Shown: positions 10,801-24,800, counted from the stretch's first letter. The stretch is DNA of 64,000 nt from Zygnema circumcarinatum SAG 698-1b (GCA_037447605.1 CM074805.1:1645361-1709360); one strand, 5' to 3'. Made by a program: numbers and translations. The notes: generated by a model from the letters alone, not told the origin.

Positions 10801-13800
10801 TGTTTTCAGGCTTTGTTGCAGGAGAGATATTGTATCGTATTTCAAAATCTGTTTTTTTTTTTTTTTCTGGCGATAAAACGCTGTTGATGTATGTGGCGCT
10901 GGAAGTTAAGTTTTTAAGTTGTAGGCGAAAGCTGGGTTCTCTGCAGAATTGACTTCCTTGTCGTCTCTCAACTTAGAGCGCTGCCACCACATCACGAGTG
11001 CGGGACTGCAGCACCTCAAAGGCATGTTTGCTCCTTGTGTTCAAATATGTCTGCCATCATGTCGCCCTGCCATGGCACTCGTTCCACTCAATACAAAGTT
11101 GTCAATACGACTGAGGCATGATTTCTTTCTTGTCCTCATGACTCTGGAAGAGGAGAAGAACGAGGCAAATAAATGCGAGCACATGCTGCACTTTTTCCGT
11201 TATTTAAAAGGCGCATGTCTTTTTTTCTGTTTGTCTCTCTCTGTCGTAGGTTTTGCAAGCTAGGCTGGCTTCTTTGTGAAGTAAGCATTGCTCAGTCATG
11301 TCTACATAACAGCTTACATTTGTGGTATCCCTGCGCAGGAATGGTCAATCTTGGCACTCTCAACCTGGCGTATACTAATGTTAGGAAAGGCTTATCTGCT
11401 CTTGAAGGTGGACTTCTCTATTTCAATGTTCACTTTTTCTTCCTTTCAGTTAGTACTTTCAGGTATCCTTGTCAAGGAGCACACAATATAAATTCACTCT
11501 TCAGTTTACTTTTTCAGATACAACTTTTGTATGGAACCCTCAGAGTGTGAACATCAATAGCATGCACTCTCAGGTAGTTTGATTAGTTCTGGGGTTGACC
11601 TGGTTGAAATTGATCTGTTTGGTGGGCAGCCCTTCACCAGTTGGAGGACTTGAGCTTGGACTCCACGGGGGCATCTGACTCTGACATGCGATATGTGGGA
11701 GGTGAGTGCTCTTTCACCTTGCACATGTTTCAGTTGGCACAAGGGAAGCCGGAAGATGCTGCCTCCATTCACCTTTACGATTGGCTAGTATCTAGAGTGC
11801 ATGTTGTCCAGTAAACCGTTGACTGCATACTTGGTTTTTCGAAGTTTCATTCGGCCACACTAGTTTTTAGTACCATCTGCACCTCGATCAGGCCTGTAAT
11901 TTGACGGTGACGAGGTGCCCTGCTGCAGCTCTGGAGAGTCTGCGGAGGTTGGACCTGTCCGACACGCGAGTTGGGGACGAAGGCTTGCAGCGCTTAGGAA
12001 GTGAGGACTGCCATCACATTGTTGCACGCGCTTCCAAAACCTTGTTTGCTTTGGAAGGGCGAGCGTTGCGTGCATCATATTTATCCAATTGATGCTAAGT
12101 CTACAAGGTTTGATGTTAAGGATACAGGTCTCGTGCTTCCTTCCTTTCCATTGGCTGGTGCAACGTGTAATCCTTGACTTGGCTCCTTGCAGATCTGACA
12201 AAATACTGTAGTTTACCCTTTTTTTTTTGTACAAAAAAACTTGGCGAAGCATCTGTCGACTGATGGCACTCTCAAGATAGTTCGATTGCAGCTCTGTTGA
12301 GACGCAACCCGAGAGGAAGAAACACGGGCCAATGGCTGAGTGATGCCATTTCCATTTTTCCTTGGAGGTGGGTGCAGAGCTCACAGGTCTGGAGGCGCTA
12401 AGTCTGAGCTACTCAGCAGTGACAGATGGCGGCATGCCGGTGCTCACCAAACTGCGGGCGCTCACCTCTCTCAATCTTGACTCCCAGTTCATCACGGATG
12501 CGGGATTGGCATGCCTCACATGTATGTTGCACTGTGTGGCTACTATGTGTTGCTTTACAGCAAATGGACGCACTATAAGTGTATCTCAGAGAGCATGAAG
12601 ACTCTTCTGTTATCATCTGTTCGCATAGCTTTTTGGTTTACAGGACACTGCAGCAGCAGTTTCGTTTGAGCAGGTCCACCTTCCTCTGTAACTGAAAGGA
12701 GCAGGATGTGTTGTGTATTAAAGTAGTATTTGGGGAGCTGGAATACGTGGAAAGAATTGATTGCTCTTCCAAGAACTTACATATAGTGAGTTGCTATTCA
12801 AAATCTGAAGGCAGCCCCTTCGGGACTCGTAGAGGAAGCGTTTCACCATGACCGGCAGTGCCGATCTCGCTCTGACCATGTTTGAAATCTGATGTCTGGA
12901 AGGAGTCTATGCCTTAGCTGCTCAGGAGTATGACTCTTGTTAAGTTTCTTCTCTCTCCCTAACAGTGCAGGGATAAATGAGAGGTCGGAAGCAAGCTGGG
13001 CGGTGGAGGAGCAAATGCGATGAACACGGATTAGGCTGTGATTGCAATTTAGACTGCCAGGGGATCAAATGATGTGCCGAACTGAAGGCAGTTGTCAGGT
13101 TCATTCGTTTTGTGGCGAGTCGGTGTTCTGATGTCGAAGGGGGGGATCGGGGAGTGGCTGCATGCAGCTTTGACAGGGCTCACTTCACTGGACCTTTTTG
13201 GAGCCAAAATAACGGATGTCGGAGCGGGCCATCTGCAGCGTAAGTGGCCCCTCAGTAGTATATGCCGAGGAGAAGAACACTATCAGTTTCTCCTTTGACT
13301 CATTGAAAGCAAAAGAACGTGTGCGGATTCATATCTTGACGTCAGAATACCTGGAGCAGTCTGCGTTTCCCGCTTTTTCTGCAATGCTTTGTCCTGAAAC
13401 ACACGCACTACCCTTCATATGCTGCAGACTTCAAGAACCTTCGCAGTCTGGAGGTGTGCGGGGGGAATCTGACTGACTTGGGGGTCGCGCAGCTCCGCTG
13501 CCTGACCGGTCTGAGATCGCTGAATTTGAGCCAGAATATTCGCCTTACTGACAAGAGCCTTGCCTGCCTCGCAGGTGTGACCTTTTTTGTACATTACCTG
13601 CATATGTACTATGTGCTCCCACCTGCTTCGTTTGTACAGAGCCATGAATGTCAGCATCTGCTCCTCACTAGGGGGGTGGAAATGGGCTACAGGAATGGAT
13701 ATGTTGGAGAATTTGAACATCTCGGGCTGCCTTGTGAGCGAAGCCGGGCTGATGCACATCCTTCGGCTGAGCCGTCTCTCCAGGCTCGCCCTCCACTCCT

Positions 13801-13892
13801 GCGAAGTCTCCCGCGGGCAGCTGCAGAAGCTGCGGGCCTCCCCGCACTGCTGCTGGCACCCCGCCCTCTCCGTCACAGGGCTCTCCAGCTGA
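7858..13892 (+). CDS. Leucine-rich repeat protein (RNI-like/FBXL14-like LRRs, At1g15740-like) with N-terminal myristoylation motif
   Basis: Starts MGGFCSK (Gly2/Cys5). Exons encode LEHLPRDLSQRVFSEL, LLSLDLSGCSQLSDAGL, LETVSLNGCFRITNVGL, LRTLDMELCPRIGEGL, LSSLNLERCHHITSAGL, LRRLDLSDTRVGDEGL, LEALSLSYSAVTDGGM, LTSLDLFGAKITDVGA, LRSLEVCGGNLTDLGV, LRSLNLSQNIRLTDKSL and LENLNISGCLVSEAGL; TGA at 13890-13892. Boundaries of exons 1-2 are approximate. Confidence 0.85.
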
Positions 13893-16800
13893 GGGAGGGA
13901 GGCCCTCCGCTCATCTTGTCATTCAAAAGACCTTCAATAATGGCCGGTGCACGGCTGGGAAGCAAGTTTGATGCCGACCTTCCTCGACAAGCGGAAAGGA
14001 TTTGTTGGAAAGGAATGCCGTTTCAGAGGGGGCCAGAATTGGTCGCAAGGGCCTTTGGCATGGCCACGCTCGCACGGCACCGAACGTAGCGGTGTGTGTG
14101 TCTGTGTAGAGGAAGTGCCTGCACGTGCGAGAGCATGGACACGGCCAGAAGTAGACCAGATCAGACTGACTCTGCAGGCTATGGCCCTCGGTCCCCCCTC
14201 CCCTCCCCTTTGTGAATAACCCCCCTCCTGTAAAATGCACTAGTCGATATATTCCACTTGGTATAGCTCCATAGTGTCGTAGCTTTTTTTTTTCTTTTTC
14301 CTTCATAGTCGATGCCTGTTTGCGTCGCCAAGCTGGGGCTCATTGCAGAACACACTTTGTGGGCGCTGCGCACCGAACGATGAACCATGAACCATGAAAC
14401 ATGCATGTCCTTGTGTCAACATTCGCTACTTACCTCTTAGACTTCCGTCTGTACCATACCCTCACGGTTGTGTGCCTGTGTAGTAAGGCAGTTTCGTGCT
14501 GTGCCTGCAACCTGGTTGAGTGAAACTCGAACCATTCAAAGGATAAGGCTTAGTTACTACAGTCTATCCAAGAAACACAGACATCAACTCGGCACTTCGC
14601 CTACCTTCACCTCACCCACCTCCCGTCTTACACCCACGGAGTGAGCTGAAGGATGCGCTTCGCTCTGAGTGTTTCAAAAAGCTTTAGCATTACGTTGTTA
14701 GTACCGTAAAATAAGCCACTTACAGTCAACACGCTTCCACCGCGTAGAGGATGCTTCGCCCTTAGTTGGACCATTTCAATACAGCGATGAGCCAACCAAA
14801 AGCAAATTGACGACAGGTTGCTCCGTTACGCGCACACCGGGCCTTCGGGTGTGCGCGGACCGCACGGCCGCTGGAGGGGCTCGGGCCCGATTTGGTCGGT
14901 CGGGTTTGAACTGTGCCACGCGTCCCGTGGCGGCAGTCCGGCAGGTGGACCCGCAGAGTGGATCTTGGCGGCGGTTGCTGTCGCCCGCCAGCCCCCTCGC
15001 CCACCTGCGACGCCTACGTGGCAGGCGCTGACGAAGGCGGTGACACGCGTCGCGCTCGGATTGGGTTCCGTCACGACGACGCGGGAAATGTGGGCAGGTG
15101 GACCCGCGAAGGAAGGTGGGCGGGGAGGTAGATCCGGTAAAACTGGACATTGATCCGGAATTTCTGGAGGTGGGTTACGAATACACAAGGTATTGATCCT
15201 GGTTGTGGATCCGCGTGACGATCGCGGATAGCGTTTGACTGCTGGCGCCTCTTGGAGGGAGCGCTCCTGGAGGGAGAGGGAGAGGCGAGGGTGAGGCTGA
15301 GGGAGAGGGAGAGGGAGAGAGGGCGAGAGGGAGAGGGAGAGGGAGAGAGGGAGAGAGGGAGAGGGAGAGNNNNNNNNNNACTTGGGGGTCGCGCAGCTCC
15401 GCTGCCTGACCGGTCTGAGATCGCTGAATTTGAGCCAGAATATTCGCCTTACTGACAAGAGCCTTGCCTGCCTCGCAGGTGTGACCTTTTTTGTACATTA
15501 CCTGCATATGTACTATGTGCTCCCACCTGCTTCGTTTGTACAGAGCCATGAATGTCAGCATCTGCTCCTCACTAGGGGGGTGGAAATGGGCTACAGGAAT
15601 GGATATGTTGGAGAATTTGAACATCTCGGGCTGCCTTGTGAGCGAAGCCGGGCTGATGCACATCCTTCGGCTGAGCCGTCTCTCCAGGCTCGCCCTCCAC
15701 TCCTGCGAAGTCTCCCGCGGGCAGCTGCAGAAGCTGCGGGCCTCCCCGCACTGCTGCTGGCACCCCGCCCTCTCCGTCACAGGGCTCTCCAGCTGAGGGA
15801 GGGAGGCCCTCCGCTCATCTTGTCATTCAAAAGACCTTCAATAATGGCCGGTGCACGGCTGGGAAGCAAGTTTGATGCCGACCTTCCTCGACAAGCGGAA
15901 AGGATTTGTTGGAAAGGAATGCCGTTTCAGAGGGGGCCAGAATTGGTCGCAAGGGCCTTTGGCATGGCCACGCTCGCACGGCACCGAACGTAGCGGTGTG
16001 TGTGTCTGTGTAGAGGAAGTGCCTGCACGTGCGAGAGCATGGACACGGCCAGAAGTAGACCAGATCAGACTGACTCTGCAGGCTATGGCCCTCGGTCCCC
16101 CCTCCCCTCCCCTTTGTGAATAACCCCCCTCCTGTAAAATGCACTAGTCGATATATTCCACTTGGTATAGCTCCATAGTGTCGTAGCTTTTTTTTTTCTT
16201 TTTCCTTCATAGTCGATGCCTGTTTGCGTCGCCAAGCTGGGGCTCATTGCAGAACACACTTTGTGGGCGCTGCGCACCGAACGATGAACCATGAACCATG
16301 AAACATGCATGTCCTTGTGTCAACATTCGCTACTTACCTCTTAGACTTCCGTCTGTACCATACCCTCACGGTTGTGTGCCTGTGTAGTAAGGCAGTTTCG
16401 TGCTGTGCCTGCAACCTGGTTGAGTGAAACTCGAACCATTCAAAGGATAAGGCTTAGTTACTACAGTCTATCCAAGAAACACAGACATCAACTCGGCACT
16501 TCGCCTACCTTCACCTCACCCACCTCCCGTCTTACACCCACGGAGTGAGCTGAAGGATGCGCTCCGCCCTGAGTGTTTCAAAAAGCTTTAGCATTACGTT
16601 GGTTGTACAGTACCGTGAAATAAGTCACTTCCAGTCAGCACGCTTCCACCGCGTACAGGATGCTTCCTTGCGCCCTTAGTTGTGACCATTTCAATACAGC
16701 GATGAGCCAACCAAGGGCAAATTGACGACAGGTTGCTCCGTTACGCGCACACCGGGCCTTCGGGTGTGCGCGGACCGCACGGCCGCTGGAGGGGCTCGGG

Positions 16801-17284
16801 CCCGATTTGGTCGGTCGGGTTTGAACTGTGCCACGCGTCCCGTGGCGGCAGTCCGGCAGGTGGACCCGCAGAGTGGATCTTGGCGGCGGTTGCTGTCGCC
16901 CGCCAGCCCCCTCGCCCACCTGCGACGCCTACGTGGCAGGCGCTGACGAAGGCGGTGACACGCGTCGCGCTCGGATTGGGTTCCGTCACGACGACGCGGG
17001 AAATGTGGGCAGGTGGACCCGCGAAGGAAGGTGGGCGGGGAGGTAGATCCGGTAAAACTGGACATTGATCCGGAATTTCTGGAGGTGGGTTACGAATACA
17101 CAAGGTATTGATCCTGGTTGTGGATCCGCGTGACGATCGCGGATAGCGTTTGACTGCTGGCGCCTCTTGGAGGGAGCGCTCCTGGAGGGAGAGGGAGAGG
17201 CGAGGGTGAGGCTGAGGGAGAGGGAGAGGGAGAGAGGGCGAGAGGGAGAGGGAGAGGGAGAGAGGGAGAGAGGGAGAGGGAGAG
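13476..17284 (+). repeat. About 1.9-kb direct duplication (13476-15369 and 15380-17284) flanking a 10-N gap; includes a second copy of the LRR gene 3' exons (15380-15796)
   Basis: ORF pairs are identical at offset 1904 (13587 vs 15491) and offset 1915 (14776 vs 16691). Copies differ essentially only at about 14659-14810 vs 16563-16725. Copy 1 ends inside the GAGAGG tract at the gap. Confidence 0.9.
15370..15379. other. Assembly gap (10 N)
   Basis: nnnnnnnnnn in sequence. Confidence 1.
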
Positions 17285-17625
17285 AGAGGGAGAGAGGGAG
17301 AGAGGGAGAGAGGGAGAGGGAGAGAGGGAGAAGGAGAGGGAGAGGGAGAGGGAGAGGGAGAGGGAGAGGGAGAGGGAGGGAGAGGGAGAGGGAGAGGGAG
17401 AGGGAGAAGGAGAGGGAGAGGGAGAGGGAGAGGGAGAGGGAGAGGGAGAGGGAGAGGGAGAGGGAGAGGGAGAGGGAGAGGGAAGAGGGAGAGGGAGAGG
17501 GAGAGGGAGGGAGAGGGAGAGGGAGAGGGAGAGGGAGAGGGAGAGGGAGAGGGAGAGGGAGAGGGAGAGGGAGAGGGAGAGGGAGAGGGAGAGGGAGAGG
17601 GAGAGGGAGAGGGAGAGGGATAGAG
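17185..17625 (+). repeat. (GAGAGG)n purine microsatellite, about 430 bp, in the probable 5' leader of the DUF1639-like gene
   Basis: Direct reading. Shorter tracts at 7620-7700 and 15270-15369. Confidence 0.9.
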
Positions 17626-17946
17626 GGAGGAGAGGAGAGGAGTGGGAGAAGGGAAGAGGGACCAATGCTTGGTGGGAAGAGCGCTCATGGCTGCCTGACG
17701 GGCCCTCACTGCACTTCTTGCCGGCAGGGAAGAGTGGACCTGGCTTCTACAGAGCGGTGACCCGGGCGTTTAAGCGCCTCTGTCAAGCAAGCTCTGCTGA
17801 TCTTGCCTCGTGCGCGGGGAGCTTTCCTTCTTTTTTTCTGTTCAGCACTTGCGTTCCGCTCGGCCTTCTTCCATTGAAGCTTCGATCTGAGCTGAATATG
17901 ACAGCTATCCCGTGTCGGCAATCGCTGGTTTCCCTTTCCCTTCGGA

Positions 17947-19886
17947 ATGCGCCGTGCGAGAAGTGCGAGAACGAGAGCAGATGGAGGGCAGGTGAAGGCG
18001 GCCGTCAGAGATGAGCAGGGGGCGGACCAGCAGACGCAGAAGCTGCACTTCGGGCTGTCAAGCACAGAGGGCTCCGAGCAAGGAGCGAAGCTGGTGGCGA
18101 CGAAGTGAGTCGGAAGGCACTTGTTTGGCAGCTTATGACTTTGTTGCCAATGATGATGTTGATGATGATTGACTGTTATTTCTTCGCCTTCGTTTGTCCT
18201 CGGTTATGTGCTGGAACGTGATTTGAACTTAAAAAATGCTTAAATTTTCTATCGAATATTTTTTGGGGAGTGGGGGACATTCCAATACTTTGTGAGAGGA
18301 CATCGTGCAATCTTCGCATTTTACAAGTGAGCCAGCGTGTTTATCTTCGTTGACTTTGTAGCATCCTGCTTCACGTGTCGTGGTTAACTTATCCGCCCAT
18401 TCACTTTCCGTATTGTTTGATTTTGCACTGGTTTTCAATGCTCATTCGTGTAACTGTTGAGTATTGTCTATGCTCTTGCCCACTGGTTGAAGTGTTTTAT
18501 CTGCGAAGGCTTGCACTCTCCTGAGCCACTTGTGAAAGTTTCTGTGACGATGGTGCTAAATCAAAACTTCTCCCGTTTGCGACTGTATTCAGATCCAAAA
18601 GTGGCCTAGATTGGGCACCTAAATGGAGGAGCTCCCACCGTGCATGTGCTGATAGCCTCCACCATGTCCCAGAGGAGGGAGCGGGACCCTCTGAACAGCA
18701 GACTGCAACACCGGGGATACGTGAGAGAAGTACAGCAGCATTGGAGAAGAGAGAAAAATATGCTGGAGGCAATGGGTCAAAAGGAAGCTTGGCTGTTACA
18801 AACCCAAAGATATTAGGTTCAGCTCGTACCGTGCGAAAAAAGAGGACTGTGACTGTGAAAGCCGTTACCCCCAAGAAAGGTTTGCCTACCATCGGAAACA
18901 AAAGGTGAGGCTACGTGTTGCAACCAGGAGAGGTCTGATCTAGGAACTAAGTCATCTCTTGTTTACATGCTTCGCTTCCGAAGCTGTAGACACCCACACA
19001 CTTAGCAACTCCTAGAATTGCTCATATGAATTTCACGTCGCATTTTGGCAGTTGTTCATCAGCAGCTGTTGGGAAATGGTACATAGTTCCTGTTCCGTCC
19101 TACATCTTGCTGTTCCTCTTGCATTGGCATTTATTTCTTTTATGATGGAGGGATTTAGAGATTCGTGACATGACCCACGGATCTAGGGTGGAAAATGTGA
19201 AATTCCTCTAAGCACAGCTTTTCTGTATCTATACGTTCATGCTGTTGCAGAAAGCGAGGGCAGGCTGTTAGTGGCCTGGCCAAGCTGGCAGAGAAGGTGA
19301 GGAATGGACGGCCCGCCAAAGGAGCGGACAAATCAGATGTTAGGCCAGAGGACATTCCTGAACCAGTGAAAATCCCAAAGCTCAGAGTTATGCTAAGTCA
19401 GAAGGAGATTCGAGAAGATTTTATGAAAATCTCAGGACGCAGACCTCCATCGAAACCGAAAAGGCATGCGGTGCAAATATGGGTATGACTTCATTCCCAC
19501 GGCAGTATCCTTTCCTAACTTGCAAGCCAACGTGTGTCTCAAATATCCTTAGATTGTTCACGCTTTGTTCTTCAATCTACGAAGTAGCGGTTATTGTTGG
19601 GTCATGAATAACTGTTGAGTACTATGAGGGGCTGTTGGCCTGAATATTGGATTGTACGACTGACAAAATATACTACTGTTGATGGTGCTGCAGGGGCTTG
19701 CTCTTTGTGCCAATCTAGATTTATGTACCTCACGAGTATACTGATTTCATGGAGTCCAGGAGGACTTACACCAAGAACTGCCAGATTTCGGACCTTGTGC
19801 ATGGATTGAACCCATTTCAAATCTTGCGACGGTGGCAAGGTTGCTCGTGCAGCTTCCTGATTGGAGGTGCTGAAGGCGAATCATGA
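17947..19886 (+). CDS. DUF1639-like plant protein, multi-exon; both ends uncertain
   Basis: In-phase exons: MRRARSART...KLHFGLSS...VATK / SKSGLDWAPKWRSSHRAC...GLPTIGNK / RKRGQ...VKIPKLRVMLSQKEIREDFMKISGRRPPSKPKRHAVQIW. The last segment resembles the DUF1639 core (PKFxxxLSxKEIEEDFxxxxGxxPPRRPKKR). Final exon 19719-19886 is a guess. Confidence 0.55.
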
Positions 19887-21804
19887 AGAATCGAAGCATT
19901 AGTTGGACCTTGCAAAGCTGTCCGCGTTTGGTACAAGGGGTTGATACGGCGCAGTTCGTATTAGGGAAATCGTTCAGGGAAATTAGTGAACTATTGTGCA
20001 TGACGTCTTTCTTATCTCTTATGGATGCCAGGGAATAAGTTCGATGCTGAGCTGCTTCTCATCATGCAGTGAGAGGTGATAGAGACCTCCGCCCAGTTTG
20101 GTTAGCCTGGCTGACCGCTTGAAGCGATTCATGCCCCAAAGTGCGCCTCCAGGGTATGGTGTTGAGGTCAGCTGTCCCATTTTTTTTTTCTTTTTCCCGT
20201 TTGAGGGTTAACATAGCATTGGTGCGACTTCTTGGCGCGGAAGTCTGCTGGTTGCCTATGTATTTAGTGAAAGGTGGTTGTTTCATGTATCATAATGTGG
20301 AGGACATAATCATTGTAAAGTCTGTTTTTGAAAAGTTCCTTCACTCCTTTGAGACGAGAGTAAAAGAATTCTTCGGTTTTTCACCGAGACCCTGGAGCCT
20401 CAAATGGACAAGCCTTAAGATAAGAGACACTGGGGAATCCATCCAAATGTTAGTCTCGATCTTGCATGCTGATCTGCTACTTTAAGTAGGTCATGCACTG
20501 CATATCAGTCAATCCTCTTCACCAACTGCTTAAACTGGTTGGAGCCAGCCTGGCCTCGTTCGGTCATAAGACAGTGAGGAAATGGAATTGACGATAGTCC
20601 ACCGTCCATCTGGTCGATGGATGGCCATGCATCACCCACGTCTGCAAGTGACAATTATCGGTGCGCACTTAATTCAAAAAGTGCAAAATAATGACTTTGG
20701 CATATACATTTTATTCCTTTTTAACTCATGAGTATGACGAAGGCAGGATTAATTATAGAAACGTGTCGTATAGAAAATGTAAATGAGAGGGATCCGCCGT
20801 TCAAACTGGCGAAGGAAAAAAATCGTTTCCATTTCTCTGTTGTGTGATCGAAGTAAAAGCCTAAACTTCTTGCAACGTACTTTTATTCGCTGTCTGTATT
20901 TGTTTAGACAATCAATTGTATGACTGAAACCTACTGCACCGCCATACCAGCTTAACTACATTCAGAATCGTATGCTGCGAGACCGACAGGAAACGTTTTT
21001 CAAATTATAGAGGTTGTATAACCTGAGTTTGTAAAAGCTGCACGACATAACAACAACATATATTACAACATTATTTTCTCAAAAAGGTGCTAGTCGATGC
21101 TTAGACCTCTACATAGTTCATTTGCCAAAATGTGATTCAGATAACCTTGCAAATTGAAATTGGCAGCTAACTTGAAAAGCACCTCTGCGCGGCTTGCTTC
21201 ACGGACGCACTTTTTTACCCTTGTGCCACAAAAAAGGACCTTGTGTTGGGTAAAGCTCCTTCAGTAAGTGATAAACAATTGTTTGAAATTATCCAATTCC
21301 ACACGACCCTCACATGTCGAAGAGTGTTGTGAGCCGCACCCCATCCTATCGAGCAAGCAACCATCCACAAATCCACTGCATATCCACACGAATCCGAGCA
21401 GTACAAGTTTATTGACAAAAATATGAACACTTCTTCCGGCCAGAGATCTAGTAAGGGCTGGCGATCAGGCTGGCAAAGAACACTAGGAATTGCCAGTTCA
21501 CACTAGAACACGAGGCACGGCCTTACTCTAAGTTTCCTGGTCTCCAGGATTCCGTATTGAATGTATTGAATAAAGGTACAAGAACTCTGGCAAAAGGCGG
21601 ATAAAACCCCCTTTCCCCTTTCTTCCGGGTTTCACCCAGAGGACATGATTTGGTTCATCACTTGCGCGCAAGCGAAACACGGACAAGCAGAGAAACAGGA
21701 GGCAAGAATACTTACAAGAGTAGCAGGACCTACAGCAGGTACAGGAACCAACTGGGAAAAGGCTACTCAAAGCCACCCGTTCAAACATAAAAATAAAATT
21801 ACAT

Positions 21805-24800
21805 CTAAAAGAATTGTGTCCTTGAATTGCTTCGTGCTGCAACCACCTGCTTGATAACTCCGGACAAACTCTTCCAATCAATTGGCTTTGTTAAGTAGCC
21901 GTCCAACCCCATCTCCTCCAAGGTACCGTTAGCCTTTGTCAGAACATCCGCTGTGAGGGCATATATTGGCATCTTTGCCGCGGGAGATTTCAAGTTCCTG
22001 ATCGTCTTCGTGGCTGTCAAACCGTCCATTACGGGCATCTGCAGGTCCATGAGGATCATGTCATACGCCTTCTTCTGCACGACCTCTACTGCAATCTGGC
22101 CGTTACCAACAAGCTCCACCTGCACCACAACACAAAAACATTATCCATGAGATCTCAACTCTGGAGATGATCAAGTCAATCTACTCCCTCGGTGTTCAGT
22201 ATTCTTACAAAAAGACGAGGCTTAACCCAACGAGGGAGGAAAACCGTTGCTATACAAACGACAAGAGGGAAGCACTTTCGTGCAACAATTTCAAAGGGCC
22301 CTCAGGGTCAGACTAGCAGAGTGTACTAGCAGAGTACAAAACCCTTCTAATAATTTTCACCCCGTTCAGACACAAACTTAGACGCAGACAATAGACCCTC
22401 GCCACTGAGCGAAACTGAACTGCCATCACCTCACGTAAACGGCAGTTACCAAGCAGATACCATGAAAGGACCATGCGGTTTTGACAGACAAAAACAGAAA
22501 CACCTTCTCTGAGGAGAAACGTCGAAGACTAGGTTAAACATTCTGTAGAACAGTACACCACACGCAAAAGGCAATGTGCTTGCACCAACCTGATGTCCGT
22601 AATGACGAAGCATTTTCTTGATGAGCATCTGGTTCACTAGATTGTCTTCAGCAACCAACACAGTTAAGCTTTCTCCTTCTGTACTCAACGACTTTGTCGG
22701 TGTCAATGGTCGCACAGGGGCTGTGCACTCAATCTTCTCATCGTCGTTGCCAATGAAGAGCATGGAAGCTTCTCTTGCCGGCAAGAGAGCAATATTGAAA
22801 GCAAAAGTGCTTCCAGAACCAATCTCACTCTCGACCCAAATGTCTCCCCCCATTGCATTCACAAGTCCCTTGCAGATGGCGAGCCCGAGACCTGTGCAAG
22901 ACAGATAGATAATTAAGACAGATATAGGACAAGACAGATCATAGACCTCTAACCAAGACCATCTCATTACATTCGCGGCTGTTGAGCTGAGTGTTAGAAA
23001 ATGCCAAATGAGGTAAACCCACACCTGTGCCGCCAAACCGCCGAGTCGTGCTGCTGTCTGCCTGCGAAAATGACTTAAAGAGGCGACCTTGCTGCTCTGG
23101 AGAAAGTCCGATTCCCGTGTCAGTCACTCTGACCTCGAACCACATCTTGGAAATAGCCTTCGGCTTCTTTTCAGGTATAGTCTGACGCTTCCCCGTATTT
23201 ATGCGCAAGCCCACCTCCTTTACAATGTCATCGACGATAGCAGGGGTCCTCCCACTTTCATCTTCCCGCCGGAAATTTGATGAACTGTTGAGATCATTAA
23301 TATGAGCATTTGGACCATTGTTCGTGAAAAGGACTGCTGAGTTCACAGCCCCATCATCCGTAGCCCGTTCCAACATACCATCGTGTCTTCCCATTGGAAG
23401 GGGGCCGCTGCGAGGGGCTTGAGGGGGCTTTCCTTCTCTCACTCCCCCGAAGTTGCGAGAGGTCGCAAACCGTCCTGCCTGCAATTGGCTGCCCATGGCG
23501 TTCTTCTCCGAGACTTCGCGAGGTTCTGCTTCTATGCGGGGAATGACAATTGGGGCAACTCTCTTGGGCTTAGCCACTTTTGTCCACGAGATGCTGATAC
23601 CGCCTGCCTCAGTGAACTTGATGGCATTGCTGACTAAATTGGTCAAAACCTGGCCATACAAGGATAAGACATTGACATGAATCCTCCGAAGTTTACTTCA
23701 AAAACGAGAGCGTAAAGTTGATGTATAAGGGTCAGACATCAGAAGGGCAGAAAAGAAAAAACGATCACTTGCAAGTCCAGTCGTCTGAGACACCTCCGGC
23801 ACATTCCAAGTTGCAGACATTGCAGGACCTTCTTGGACGAAACAGAAGGGGAACAACACCGCATATCTGACAAATTTCAACATTCCAACATGTGTTGCAT
23901 ATAGGTTGAGACACTAGCATTGAAACGAATGTTGGGCGAGCGATGCAGAAACAGTGAGAGATGTGTACCTGCCGAAGCCGGTTCGGATCTCCCCGAACGG
24001 CCCACTCCTTCCTCTGTGGAGTATCAACCTTGAGGTCCAATTTCCGCTCTTGCAATCGTCCCTTGAAAAGAGTAGACACCTGAAAGAATATTCATACGAC
24101 GGATTATGGAGAGCAAGCTACAAGCTGGTTCGTTATTGTTCATCTTTATGGACTTCTGATTGGCAAAAGCTTAGGCAATAAAGAATGTCAGGATTGACAA
24201 GATGTTATCAGCTGGAAGCCATCTTTAGCTAAGGAAACAGTGAGGGCATTTACGCAAGAGCAAGCGAATCACACTGCAACCATGACTGGACATAATTACC
24301 CACCTGTTCTAGCAGCTCTCCAATGGAAAAGTCCACCTCCTCCAATGATAAATGGCCTGATTCGATTTTGGAGAAATCCAAAATCTCATTTAGAACTTGC
24401 AGCAGGCCCTCTGCAGACCCCTGCATAACTCGCACGTATCCAGCTTGCTCGTTCGTGAGAGGAGTCAGACGAAGAAGATCCAACATTCCAAGTACGCCTG
24501 CATGAATATAGACATTGGAAACGTTAAAATGTAACAAGAAAGACCTCCTATCCTTTGTTTATATCGACATTTCAGTCTATCAGAAAGCAAAAGCTACGCT
24601 ATGGTTGTCTTTATGGCATTTCTAGGGACATAAGCCCAGCCGATGCTGCACTGTACATTTCAGAAACCAGCAATAGCCTGGTTCTAATGTGCCGAGCGAC
24701 AAGGAAAGGGGAAGTTTGCACTTCAATCAAGCTTTAATACTTCAACAGGCGAGCTTAAGAGTATCTATTAAGATACTCTTAAGCTCAAGAGTCATCAATT

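Noticed and set aside
7858-13892. LRR gene as MAX2, the KAI2 partner
   Set aside because: It starts MGGFCS, lacks a recognisable N-terminal F-box and resembles the At1g15740-type LRR family; no MAX2 motifs seen.
15175-17760. Long ORFs with PLPLSL, SPSPSP or ERERGR runs (e.g. 16741-17709, 17090-17665, 17167-17760)
   Set aside because: They are translations of the GAGAGG microsatellite and the duplicated segment.
19500-19560. U12-type donor-like strings (GTATCCTTT, ATATCCTTA); also GTATCCTTG at about 11462
   Set aside because: They do not coincide with exon ends needed to keep the reading frame.
23100-23590. About 140-aa insertion between the N-box and G1 box of the HATPase domain
   Set aside because: Insertions at this position are common in plant hybrid histidine kinases, so this is not novel by itself.
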